Program-made: the position numbers and the translations under genes
NCBI GenBank assembly: GCA_963662655.2
Contig: CAXXTU010000002.1
Span: 1,056,001 to 1,120,000 of the forward strand
Direction: 5' to 3'
DNA: 64,000 bases
Source: Candidatus Cloacimonadales bacterium
GTDB lineage: Bacteria > Cloacimonadota > Cloacimonadia > Cloacimonadales > JAIOQZ01
Part shown: positions 18,512-29,300 of the stretch, one piece after another
Position numbering within the stretch: position 1 is the first letter of the stretch
Layout: each line of letters opens with the position of its first letter
The notes under the pieces: model-generated
Database searches by the model: none
What the model was told of the DNA's origin: nothing
Seen by the model: the letters and a program-made list of their open reading frames with translations, nothing else

Positions 18512-18687
18512 GCGGCGGGGCGGCGGGTGTGCTACGCACACAATAGAATCGCTCATTCAAACCACTGTTTGAATGAGCGATTCTATCCAGAAGCCCATAG
18601 AAAAATCCAGCAGCGTGCTTTCCATCGACCTCCGACCGATAAAAGCATGCTGCTGGATTCAAAGGGCTTCTGCCGCCGCCCCGCCGC
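18512..18687. repeat. Multi-branched palindromic intergenic element (MITE-like or structured RNA)
   Basis: Perfect 15-bp terminal inverted repeat GCGGCGGGGCGGCGG enclosing three hairpins, including a perfect 20-bp stem (18543-18586); lies between convergent genes. Confidence 0.8.
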
Positions 18688-18704
18688 GTAGATAGCGCAC
18701 CGAA

Positions 18705-19709
18705 TCAACGTCCGCTATCTTCCTCCGATTGCTTTTCGAAGAGAGACATTCCCGTGAAACTGAGAACCGTCGTGCCGATAATCACAATCAGCAGCCCCGT
18801 CATGATGTGCCCGAAAGCCATGACAGCGCTCACCAGATTGCGGTCGAGCCCGAAACCGATGCTGAAGATGAGTACCATCAGCAGTTCGTGACTTCCGATC
18901 TGAGCCGGAGGATGCGGCAAAACGTACGAAAGATAGATCAGCGTATAACCGAACAGAATCACCCAGAAACTGACATTCACGCCAAAGGCCCAGTAGAGCA
19001 ACAGAATGAACAGGCTCTCCGTGACTACAGGCAACACGGTCAATACCGCTATCTCAGGCAACAGCTTAAGATGATGGCGGAAGAGACCGATCCCCTCCAC
19101 GAACAGGCTCGACATGTCCTGCATTTTCTCGTTGTACTTCTTCGGGACAAAGAAAAGCAGCTTCATGATGAAGCGCGTCGTTTTCTCATGCGCGATCGTA
19201 GCCGCGACCATGATCCCGATTCCGAAAGCGACGATCGCCAGAATCAGGTAGATCAGCATCCACAAGGAACGATTCAGATTGATCGGCAGAAATGGGATAA
19301 GCGCCAACACCATGAAGATCGCCATCGAATCGAAGATTTTATCGATAAAGACCGTTGGAAAGGTCTGAGAAACCTTCATATCGTATTTCTTCTTGAGAAA
19401 AAGACATTTTGTGAGTTCCCCGGCACGAATGGGGATCAGGTAGTTGAGGAAATTGCTGGCCATGTAATATCCGAAGACCGGTACAGGAGGAACCTTCTTG
19501 ATGGTTGACAGGATCGTGTTCCAGCGCATCGCGCGAAGGAAATAGGAGACCAGGTACACAAGCGCTGAAAGCCCTGCCAGGCGGATATCGACCTTTTTCA
19601 GGTACGAAAGGAAGATCGAGATATCGATAACATGGAACCACACAGCAAGAAACACGATTCCCAGCGCCAGACTCAATATCGTGCGTAACGTTTTACTTTT
19701 CATCAGCAT
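18705..19709 (-). CDS. Lysylphosphatidylglycerol-synthase TM / flippase-like membrane protein (UPF0104)
   Basis: LRAMRW, N..IP.RAGE, DKIFD, P.PPAQIG..E motifs; multiple TM helices. Confidence 0.85.
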   Translation of the reverse strand: MLMKSKTLRTILSLALGIVFLAVWFHVIDISIFLSYLKKVDIRLAGLSALVYLVSYFLRAMRWNTILSTIKKVPPVPVFGYYMASNFLNYLIPIRAGELTKCLFLKKKYDMKVSQTFPTVFIDKIFDSMAIFMVLALIPFLPINLNRSLWMLIYLILAIVAFGIGIMVAATIAHEKTTRFIMKLLFFVPKKYNEKMQDMSSLFVEGIGLFRHHLKLLPEIAVLTVLPVVTESLFILLLYWAFGVNVSFWVILFGYTLIYLSYVLPHPPAQIGSHELLMVLIFSIGFGLDRNLVSAVMAFGHIMTGLLIVIIGTTVLSFTGMSLFEKQSEEDSGR

Positions 19710-20811
19710 AATTTTCCGGATTCGAGAAACCTTTCACGTGTATTCGATTATTAGGACATCCATCAAAACAGCGCAAACACCGCAAGCATTTTTTCGCATC
19801 GATACGCCAATCCTCTCGAATCGCGCTGACCGGACAACCTTCGAGGCACTTACGGCATTCCGCACATGCTGGAAACGGATTGATGTAGGGGTGCGTTCCA
19901 AACTTTCCCGACTTGTAGAGAAATTCGTTGAAGTGCACCCTGAAAATCTTCTCCCACAGCAAATCCACCACATACAACCCACGATAGAACATACGGTACA
20001 CCACTCCCTGCTGCGGTAACAGGAATTTTCGTGGTCGGATGTCGCCTTTTACCTCAATGTCCTCTGGAGGTTCGGCCATTCGAATGTAATCGATCGATCG
20101 CCAGTCAATCCCCATGGAATCGCAGAGAACCTTGTCCAAAGCTTTCTGGTTCGTCGAGGCGAACAGCATGTTCGTCCGGACAACCGTGCCGTAAACCGCA
20201 CCGTCACCTTCCATGCTGTTGATTGCATCGCAGATCGTGAGCTCGGGCTGAATGAGCCTGACAAGGTCTGCGATGCACGCATGGATTCCCCGTATGTGCA
20301 TCTGCTTGCGGGTTCTGTTGTTGATAAGCCCCATCAGGTTCTTCATTCCGGTCGTGACACCGGTGATAACATGGGTTTTCAGCACAGGGAGGTTGATTAG
20401 CTTCGCGTCCATCAATACCGGATTCACGTATGCCCGTTTCAGCAGCTTCGCACCAGGGATCCTCTTGCAAACATACTCTTTCTCGCCAGGAGTGACAATC
20501 TCCAGCACTCCCTCTTCGAAGAGCTTCTCCAAGCCGAGAAATGCGAACACTTCCTCCGTCCGGAACTCCATCCCGGGAAGTTCGGTGAGGATTGGCCTCG
20601 CTCCAAGCTTCTTCAGGCGCAGCGCTATCACTCGGATCAAATCGAGATTGGTGGTCGCGCCGGAAGAATTCTCTCGGGGAGCAACGAAATTCGGCTTGAG
20701 AACAACGTTGTCGCCATATCCGAATAGCGAATCGAATCCGATTTCATCCAGAAATCGCTCGCTATCGGTATGAATATCTTTGATTCGACTGGCGTATACA
20801 ACGGGCTTCAT
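19693..20811 (-). CDS. DUF362 protein with C-terminal 2x[4Fe-4S] ferredoxin
   Basis: VLKPN, NLPVLKTH, GMKNLMG, MEGDG; CAECRKCLEGCP and CLRCLRCFDGCP. Confidence 0.88.
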   Translation of the reverse strand: MKPVVYASRIKDIHTDSERFLDEIGFDSLFGYGDNVVLKPNFVAPRENSSGATTNLDLIRVIALRLKKLGARPILTELPGMEFRTEEVFAFLGLEKLFEEGVLEIVTPGEKEYVCKRIPGAKLLKRAYVNPVLMDAKLINLPVLKTHVITGVTTGMKNLMGLINNRTRKQMHIRGIHACIADLVRLIQPELTICDAINSMEGDGAVYGTVVRTNMLFASTNQKALDKVLCDSMGIDWRSIDYIRMAEPPEDIEVKGDIRPRKFLLPQQGVVYRMFYRGLYVVDLLWEKIFRVHFNEFLYKSGKFGTHPYINPFPACAECRKCLEGCPVSAIREDWRIDAKKCLRCLRCFDGCPNNRIHVKGFSNPENYADEK

Positions 20812-20928
20812 GGGTGCTCCTGATCTAGATTGTAGCTTATCAAAACTTCGATACCCTACAGGTCAAGGATTTTGTGCTAAACGCAGATATGTGTTCTTTA
20901 TTCGCATGGTTCATGCATCTTCCCCATG

Positions 20929-21711
20929 TTAGGAAACCGATTCTGCGGAATCCTCTTCATTTGAATTGGTCAAAGCCTGCATTTTCGTCGCATCGAGTTT
21001 CATCCGGGACTTTCTTTTCACCGCCCGGGATGCCAGAGGTAGCGTAACAGGTAAAGTGATATAGAGGAACCCTGCGGCGAACGCAGCGTAGAAAGGCAAC
21101 AACCATGCCATGATCGCAGAAGTCAAGCCGGTTCCCGCGGAAACGAGGAAACGCACCATCACGGCAAGCGTAGCGATTTGCTCGTTCTCATCGAGTAAAA
21201 GCTCTTTCCGATTCCGGTATGCTTGCAGGTAAAGCATCGCCATCATGAAAGTTAGTGATGCGAATGCCAAACCATAGCTGATGAACAAACCGAATAGCTC
21301 ATCAACGGTTTGAAGGCGGAACTCGGCAGGCAACCAACCGCCGCTAATCCATGCAAACAGAGCAGAGAACATTAACCGTAACGGATAGATGCAAACCAGC
21401 AGGATGAAAACGAGCATGATGCTGATGAACGTCGTGAATCCGTCTTCGAGCCCGTACCTCCGGCTCCAGTTACGGTGCGCCAGCCAGAACGATATGATCA
21501 CGGCGAAACTCGCCCCGAATGTGGGAACGCTCTTGAGCGCCAGCATCATCTCGCTGTAGCTTTGCGGAATTTTATCCACGGAAATCACCATCATGGTGAG
21601 TGCGAACGCAAAGGCCGCGTCTACAAACGTTTCCAGACGGGTCATATCCAAACCGCGCTGTCGAAATCCGTCTTTAACCGGCAACTCCCTCAATACTTCT
21701 TCAGTCAACAC
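20929..21711 (-). CDS. TMEM175-family (DUF1211) potassium channel
   Basis: RLETFVDAAFAFALT (RxxxFSD-like), SF..I...W..H; about 6 TM helices. Confidence 0.85.
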   Translation of the reverse strand: MLTEEVLRELPVKDGFRQRGLDMTRLETFVDAAFAFALTMMVISVDKIPQSYSEMMLALKSVPTFGASFAVIISFWLAHRNWSRRYGLEDGFTTFISIMLVFILLVCIYPLRLMFSALFAWISGGWLPAEFRLQTVDELFGLFISYGLAFASLTFMMAMLYLQAYRNRKELLLDENEQIATLAVMVRFLVSAGTGLTSAIMAWLLPFYAAFAAGFLYITLPVTLPLASRAVKRKSRMKLDATKMQALTNSNEEDSAESVS

Positions 21712-23044
21712 GCATCGCTCCCTGTTGCCCCTCTCTCATGAGCCAGAAGGGGATAACCTGAACGCTCTCCATGCTACCTTTTCCGATTGTCACTTCATGC
21801 AAGCCATTGGGAATGCCCGAAAGCGGTATATAAGTAAGAAACCCTATCTCCTGCTCGTTAGGAAACCGATAGTACCTGAACTCGCAATCGCAATGAATCG
21901 TGTCGTCGATCGTTACCTGATAAAGCCTCTCGAAGAAATCAAGCACAGCCTTGTGCGGCTTCCTGCCCTGAGATAGATTAATGCTGATATACTCCATGAA
22001 AATCGACTTATGGAATGGCTCGACACCAGGAAGCGAATCGGCGATGCTCTGATCATCTTCAAGCGAGTAGGGAATGTACAAACGCAAATACGGTTCCGTG
22101 ATCAGCTCCGATTGAATCGTGGCCAGAGTCCACATTCGAAGCCTTCCGTCACTCGAACTACCTTCGGCTCCCCCACGCGTGACCTGATCCTCGTATTCGT
22201 TTGGATTAATCATATACTGGTTTCCGCTGATCGGGAAAAAGGTGCGGTTGTCGACCCGAATCCCGGCGAAAATAACGACGATCACAACGATGTAAAGAAT
22301 CAATATTGCCCTGAATCGCTTGTTTGGCAGAGAGCGTTTCAATAACTCGTAAATCTGACGTGCAAGAAAACCGAGCGTGAGATACCCCATCCAGCGCGAC
22401 ACGAAATGAAACGGTACCGAGAACCAATTCCTCTTGATTTCACCTACCTTTCCCAGCGTCAGAAAATCAACTGCCTTAAGGACACCGAAGATGGTGATCA
22501 GAATGAAAAGGGTAACCGAGATGACTCTATATGGTATCACCATGAAAGCTGGTACCGGGATATTGACGACTACAGCAAGAAGCGACCAATAGATCATGAA
22601 AACACTGCTCGCGATGGTGATGAAAACGATCAGGAACGTCAGCGCAAACATGACGCTGCACACGTCATCCAGCTTCCGAATGCTACGTTGCAGCCTCCGA
22701 CCGGCACTACGATCACTCTTGTCTCGCAACGTCGAATCAAGCCCGATCATCCCAACCCAGTATCCGCGCAGAATCAACTGGAGCACGAGATTGATGATGA
22801 TCACCTTTACACTGGTGTCCAGCATCCGCCAGATCGCGCCTACAGAATTGCGAGCGAAGCTGGACAGCACCTGTAATCCCATCATCGATTTAAGGTTAAC
22901 GAGCAAATCCGGTACCTGGAAAAGTCCCACCAGCACAAATCCGGTGATGAGCAATTCCATCTCCCAGCTATTGTTGCGTAGATGGTCGAGCCAGTTCCGC
23001 CCGAAAAGCTCATTGTCTGATGACGAATATCTGTTGGAATTCAA
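21701..23044 (-). CDS. Hypothetical multi-pass membrane protein with a soluble C-terminal domain
   Basis: Long ORF with about 6 hydrophobic helices; likely TTG start 23044 with GGAG upstream (ORF track start 23071); overlaps the TMEM175 start. Confidence 0.7.
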   Translation of the reverse strand: MNSNRYSSSDNELFGRNWLDHLRNNSWEMELLITGFVLVGLFQVPDLLVNLKSMMGLQVLSSFARNSVGAIWRMLDTSVKVIIINLVLQLILRGYWVGMIGLDSTLRDKSDRSAGRRLQRSIRKLDDVCSVMFALTFLIVFITIASSVFMIYWSLLAVVVNIPVPAFMVIPYRVISVTLFILITIFGVLKAVDFLTLGKVGEIKRNWFSVPFHFVSRWMGYLTLGFLARQIYELLKRSLPNKRFRAILILYIVVIVVIFAGIRVDNRTFFPISGNQYMINPNEYEDQVTRGGAEGSSSDGRLRMWTLATIQSELITEPYLRLYIPYSLEDDQSIADSLPGVEPFHKSIFMEYISINLSQGRKPHKAVLDFFERLYQVTIDDTIHCDCEFRYYRFPNEQEIGFLTYIPLSGIPNGLHEVTIGKGSMESVQVIPFWLMREGQQGAMRVD

Positions 23045-23321
23045 ATTCTCTCCCCATGAGGTTTTCTGCACTGATGAAACACAAAATCAATATGTCAAGA
23101 TTTTTTAAACTCCACTCCCAATCCAAGTTGAGATCACTTCCTCGAATTCATTTTTCCTATCGATTCTTCCAGGTATAAAGTCTCGCCCCACTTGGCAGAA
23201 ATTACGATCGATCAGGGGGACGGGACATTATAAACAATCCGAATTTACTTGACGGGTATCAATCGATAATTCAATTTTAAACAACATACGTACTTCAAAC
23301 CAATCCACTGAAGGAGTTGTC

Positions 23322-26300
23322 ATGAAAAACCTTTCCATGATCATTTTTTTCTTCTTGATAATCATTCCATTGCTCTCGACATCGTACGTTGTTGCACCGG
23401 GCACCACCTCGTCACCGTACAGCCCCTTCTCCATAGCGTACGAGTACGGGTGGTCCCGAATGTTCTACACTGCAACGGACCTGGCTGAAGCAGGCTTGAC
23501 CAGGCCTGCGGATATCATCGCACTGGGATTCGATGTCAACTACTGCAACGACAACATAATTAGAACCAATCAATCGATATACATGAAACACACCCAATCG
23601 ACGCTCGACACCTCCTACCCCGGCACGAGCGGTTATACAAGCGTGTTCTCGGGAACGGTTCGAGCCCATGAAACGGGCTGGATCACCATCATCCTCGATG
23701 CCCCATTCGCTTGGAACGGCTCCGATAATATTGAAATTCTATGGGAAAATCACTCTGGCGCATCGATCAACATCAGTTTCGGATTCAGCGCAGAATATCT
23801 ACCCTACAACGCATACCAATCATCATACAAACGGCAAAACGGCTCGTTTCCGACAAGCGCCGGATCAAGCCATCAGGCGTTGCCGACCGTAAAAATGTTC
23901 ACGAGCATCGACGCGATACCGGATATACCGGCTTTCGAATACCCGGAAGACGGTAAACTCGCCGTTCCGGACCCCATGATGCTCTGGCACAGCCAGGGCG
24001 AAAACCCGCCCACATCCTGGGATGTCTATTTCGGAACGACCAATCCTCCCGCCTTCAGCCACAATCAGACAAATGACTTCTACCAACCTTCGTGCGTCGC
24101 GGGGCAGGAATACTTCTGGCAAATTGTCCCTCAGAATGCCCATGGCAGCCCGTCCGGCAGCCCGATTATGTCCTTCACCATACCGGACGAATCCATGAAT
24201 TTCGTGGGATTCGAGGATACGACATTTCCACCGGCCGGTTGGATTTTCAACGGCAATGTTACCCGGCAATACCACAGCTTCAATCCATTCCTGAACGGAA
24301 ATTATTACGCACATGCGTACTCGCCGAGCTACCTCGTCAGCCCTAAAGTAACCGTTTCACAGGGAGCCGCTTTCGACTTCTCTCTCATGGGCTTACCGAG
24401 CAATGAAGTCGACCTGTTGATTTCCTCGAACGCCATTGACTGGACGGACTCCGGGCTGTCTTTCAGCACAACCGAGGATCTCGTCTGGACGCAAGCACAC
24501 GTGGTTTTGAGTGATTTCCTGTCACCCGGAGACTACTACCTGCGCTTGAATGTGGACAATCAGGAATACACGTATTGCAGGCTGGACAATATCTTCTACC
24601 CTGAAATAGCACCGTCGCCACCGGCTCCAGCGGCGAATCTTGCTCCCGAGGTTGGCGAAACCATCTTCGGACTCGGCTCCGAAACGCTCTCCTGGGAACC
24701 GACCGCCGGACTTGTCGAAAGCTACGACATCTATTTTGGAACCGAGAACCCGCCGCCGTTCCTGGTGAATCAAACCGCCGCAAGCTATACCTGCACCGAC
24801 CTCGCGGCAAATCAGACCTACTACTGGAAAGTCCTTCCCCGCAACGAATACGGAGTAGCGGAGGATTGTCCGGTGTGGCTTTTCCACACGCCGAGCGCAA
24901 CCCAGATACAGGAGGGATTCGAAAGTACAACGTTCCCCCCAGCCGGGTGGAATTTCTCTGGCACGTTCAACCGAGCGTACTTCACCAATATTGAAGGATC
25001 GTATTGTGCGCAACTTCAAGCATTACCAAGCAACACCGGAATCATGACAACCCCACGGGTTGAAATCACGGAAAACTCGGTGTTCGATTTCATGGCGCAC
25101 AAACAAAACTCTTCGACTCCGGCAATGCTGCAAGTCCAGTATTCACTCGACGGCTCACAGTGGGATGTTCTCGGCGAATTCGAGGATTTCAATTCTTCGG
25201 CATACAATCCGACAAGGATTCAGGTGGATTTGTCGTCGATATTCGATCCGGGGACCCAACTCTTCCTGATGATCAAAGGGATCCCCACGGGGACTTCCAC
25301 CACCAGCTTCTATATTGACCGCATCATCGGCCCGGAAGTCGTGGGCGGTGTGCCCGGCGCGCCATCAATCATCGGCCCGGCAGACAGAGGCTGGCTGCTC
25401 ACGAACGAAACGCTTCGCTGGACATCACTCGCCGGAGTAACGGACAGCTACGATGTCTATTTTGGGACAACCGATCCGCCGCCGTTTATCCAGAATCAAA
25501 CCGGAACGAGCTATCTGCCGACCGTCGAGGCCGGGGAGCAGTACTATTGGAAAGTCGTTCCCCGCAACAGCGAAGGCGAGTTACTCAATTGCCCGGTATA
25601 TTCCGTTCGAACGCCAACTGCAAGTCAACTGGCAGAAAGCTTCGAGAATTATCCGCCGTTCCCACCGGATGGATGGATAAACCAGAGCGCTTTTCAGATT
25701 TGGTCCAATCCCAGCTATGCTTATCATGGGGCATTCATAACGGCAATAAGGAACAACACAGGAATACTGATCACTCCCAAGCTGGACATTACCGCCACAA
25801 CGGAATTCGAGTTTTACGCCAAAAACCACACCCCTGGCGGTGAGAAGAGCATCCAGTTAAAATGGACCGTCAACGGCAGCGACTGGTATCCCCTCGGCGA
25901 CGAGATCGATATCAGCTATCAATATGAATGGAAGCGATTCACCTTCGATCTCGCGGAGGCGGCTCAATCACATGATGCCTGCTACGTAGGAATTGAAGTT
26001 GATCCCGATTACAACTGCGGATATGTTATGCTCGATCATATCGTTGGGCCGGAGCGTGTAATGGACCCCGTGCCGGAACCTGCTGTTCGCATGTTCCCCC
26101 AAGAGAACGGTTGGATGTTTACGGACGAATCGCTGGAGTGGAAGAGCCTCATCAACGTATGCACCAGCTATGACGTATATTTTGGAACCGACAATCCGCC
26201 TCCGTTTATCCAGAATCAAACGGAAACCAGCTTCAGCCCGACACTTGATGCAGGGGAAACCTATTACTGGAAAATCGTCCCCTACAACGAGAACGGACCA

Positions 26301-29300
26301 GCGGAGGACTGCCCCATCTGGACATTCGGAACGCCTTCAGAAAACCAACTTGCCGAGCGCTTCGACGATTCGACATATCCGGACGGCTGGGGCAATCTGG
26401 GCGATTACCTAATCTCCAACACATCCTATCCTGAATCCGGATATTCGGTAGCAGTGGTTTCCGCGTCAATTCCCTTAAGTATCGTTGCGCCAAGGCTTTC
26501 CTTCGACGCGGCCTCGAATCTCGAATTGTACAACAAATCCTACCTGGAGTCCCCCGATCACCGGATTCAGGTCAAATACTCGGCAGACGGCCTGAATTGG
26601 GCCAACGTCGGAGCGGAGATTCAGCTTCCGTCAGGTACGGACTGGCAAGGCCACTGCATCGATCTCCAATCCCTCGACGGGCAGACCGGTTTCCTGGCGA
26701 TCGAGCACTATTCGGTCGGAGATGTCGGCGGGAATTACATCGACCACATCGTCGGGCCGGAACTCGACGACGGCGCTCCGGCAGTTGCGCATCGATTCTT
26801 CCCCGCGGATGGAGGCTATGCCTTTATCGACGACGTCCTGAGCTGGGAACCCGTTGCCGGCATCGTGGATAGCTACGACGTCTATTTCGGCACTACCGAC
26901 CCGCCTCCATTTGTGCAGAACCAGATCGAAACGTCGTTCGATCCCGATCTGTCTTACGGCCAGGAGTACTTCTGGAAGATCGTACCGAAAAACACTTCAG
27001 GTGAAGCACAGAATTGTCCGATCAAATCCTTCACAACCGTCTCCGAAGGCGCACTGACCGAGGATTTCGAATCGACGACATTCCCACCGCCAGGATGGGC
27101 TTCAAGTGGCTCCGCGTCAAGGGTGACATATTCGAGCTATGTGATTCACGGCATTGCTTCCGGTGGGTTAAACTCGAACCAGAACGGTATGATCATTTCG
27201 CCCAAAGTCCTGATAGAGGAGGACTCGTCTTTCGATTTCTACCTCTATAGCAATGATTATACATCTTCGCAGAAGTTGCTGATCTGTTATTCAGATGACA
27301 TGACAACCTGGCACACACTGGGTGACACAATCCATGTCGAATGGTCCGTGAATTCTAAAAATCCCCATCATATGAATTTTGCTCTTGGATCACTTGCAGA
27401 TTCAATGCCCGGAATATATCTGGCGTTCAAGACCCAAGCGGCGATTCAAACTGCCTATACAATATTCGACCACATCGCTCTACCGAATCCATTCCCGATT
27501 ATACCAGGCGTATCGACCCTCCAACTACCATCGGACATGGCAACGGAGATAAACGAACTCGCCACCTTCTCGTGGAGCGTCGCCACCGGTGGCGGTATCC
27601 CGGAAACCTACAAGCTCTACTGCGATACTTCGCCCGATCCATCGACGCTGATCGCGACCACCGAAGAGCTGTCCTGGACGATGTCCGAGCCGCTGGACTA
27701 TGGCGTGACCTACTACTGGAAGGTCGTGGCGTGCAACATCGCCGGCGAGGGCGAAGACAGCGCAATCCGATCCTTTACCGTGCGAGAAGATCCCACGATC
27801 ACATCCTACCCTTGGACGGAAGATTTCGATACATCTTCGTCGGACTTTCCACCAACCAACTGGACGATGCATAGCGGAGTTCTGGGAAATCCAACCGTTT
27901 TGGGGCAGGACCCGAGCGGCGACTGGGCCAGTCGTGCATGGCTCAACTCAGTCAACGAAAACTTCTACTCCGCCTATGCCTGCATGTACCGCGACACCAA
28001 CGGCTGGCTCATTTCCCCGCCGCTGCAGATCGATAGCGGCGACTACCGAATCAGCTTCGATATGGCCGTGGATATCGAGGGCAATCCCTTCGACGATACC
28101 TGCGTTTTCGCGGTTCTGGTTGGTGACGGAATCTCTTGGTCGACTGCAAACGTCGTGCGACGCTGGGACAATCAGGGCTCGCCCTACAAGTTCTCCGATA
28201 TTACCAATTCGCCGCAGAGCGTTTATCTGCCCATGGGCGAACCCGGCACGAAGCGAATTGCGCTGTATTTCGAATCGGCGAATGATCCCACGAACATTTA
28301 TCTTCGTAACAAGCTCTTCGTCGATAACCTTACCGTGATGGAGAATCCATCCGTGTCACAAACGTACGTATGGCCCGATGAACTGGACCTCGGTTTTGGT
28401 CTGTATGCCCAACCGACTCCAGTGCAGACCGTCACGCTGACCAATACCGGAGGCGTTACGCTCGATATCGCTGCTGAACAGGTATCGTTTACCGGGCTCA
28501 GCGCCAGCCAGTTCCAGCTTGTAACGGGGACGCTGCCAGTCTCTCTGGAGCCATGCCAGAGCGTCGACCTGGAAATCCGTTTGAACTCGACGCAAGCCGG
28601 AGTGAAAACCGCGACGCTGCAAGTTGCCATACCTTCTGAAACGATCGAAATCCCTCTCACAGGAGAAGGGCTCGAATACGGTTTCTCGCGGGTCGGTTCC
28701 GGAACTGATTGGGACGATATTAATCCCATCAATTGTTACAGAAACTTCAATCTGCACGAATGTATCTACTATCCGTCCGAGATTCAAATCGCCAACAAGC
28801 AGATCGAGAAGATCAGCTACTACTGGAACGGCGGTTTGAATGCGGATGATTCCGATGAATGGACAATCTACATGGGTTACACCGACATGGATGCGTTCGA
28901 ATTGTATAATGAGTGGGTATCTTCGGACAGCCTGACACAGGTGTTCACCGGGGAAGTAACTCTTCCAGCGCAGGAAGGCTGGATCGAAATCACGCTCGAT
29001 CAGCCGTTCCTTTACAACAACCAGGACAATCTGATGATTTGTCTGCACGAGCACGCAGAGGGGCACGACTACGCTGGCGGAGGATTTCAGACATCCGAAT
29101 CCAGAACCCGTCGAAGCGTGCACTATGGCCGGGACTACGAAATCGATCCGGCGAACGATATCAGCGGCGACGACTACTACTGGTCCTATCCCAATATCCG
29201 GTTCGAGTTCGAGAGCCCGACGTGCGACACCATCGAACCCGAAATCTCTCATTTCCCCGTTCTGAATACCCCAGTCACCGATCAACCCTACACTGTCTAT

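Noticed and set aside
23900..27800. DNA repeats in the 2354-aa gene as DGR template/variable repeats
   Set aside because: They are in-frame domain repeats with differences at all bases; no reverse transcriptase is in the window.
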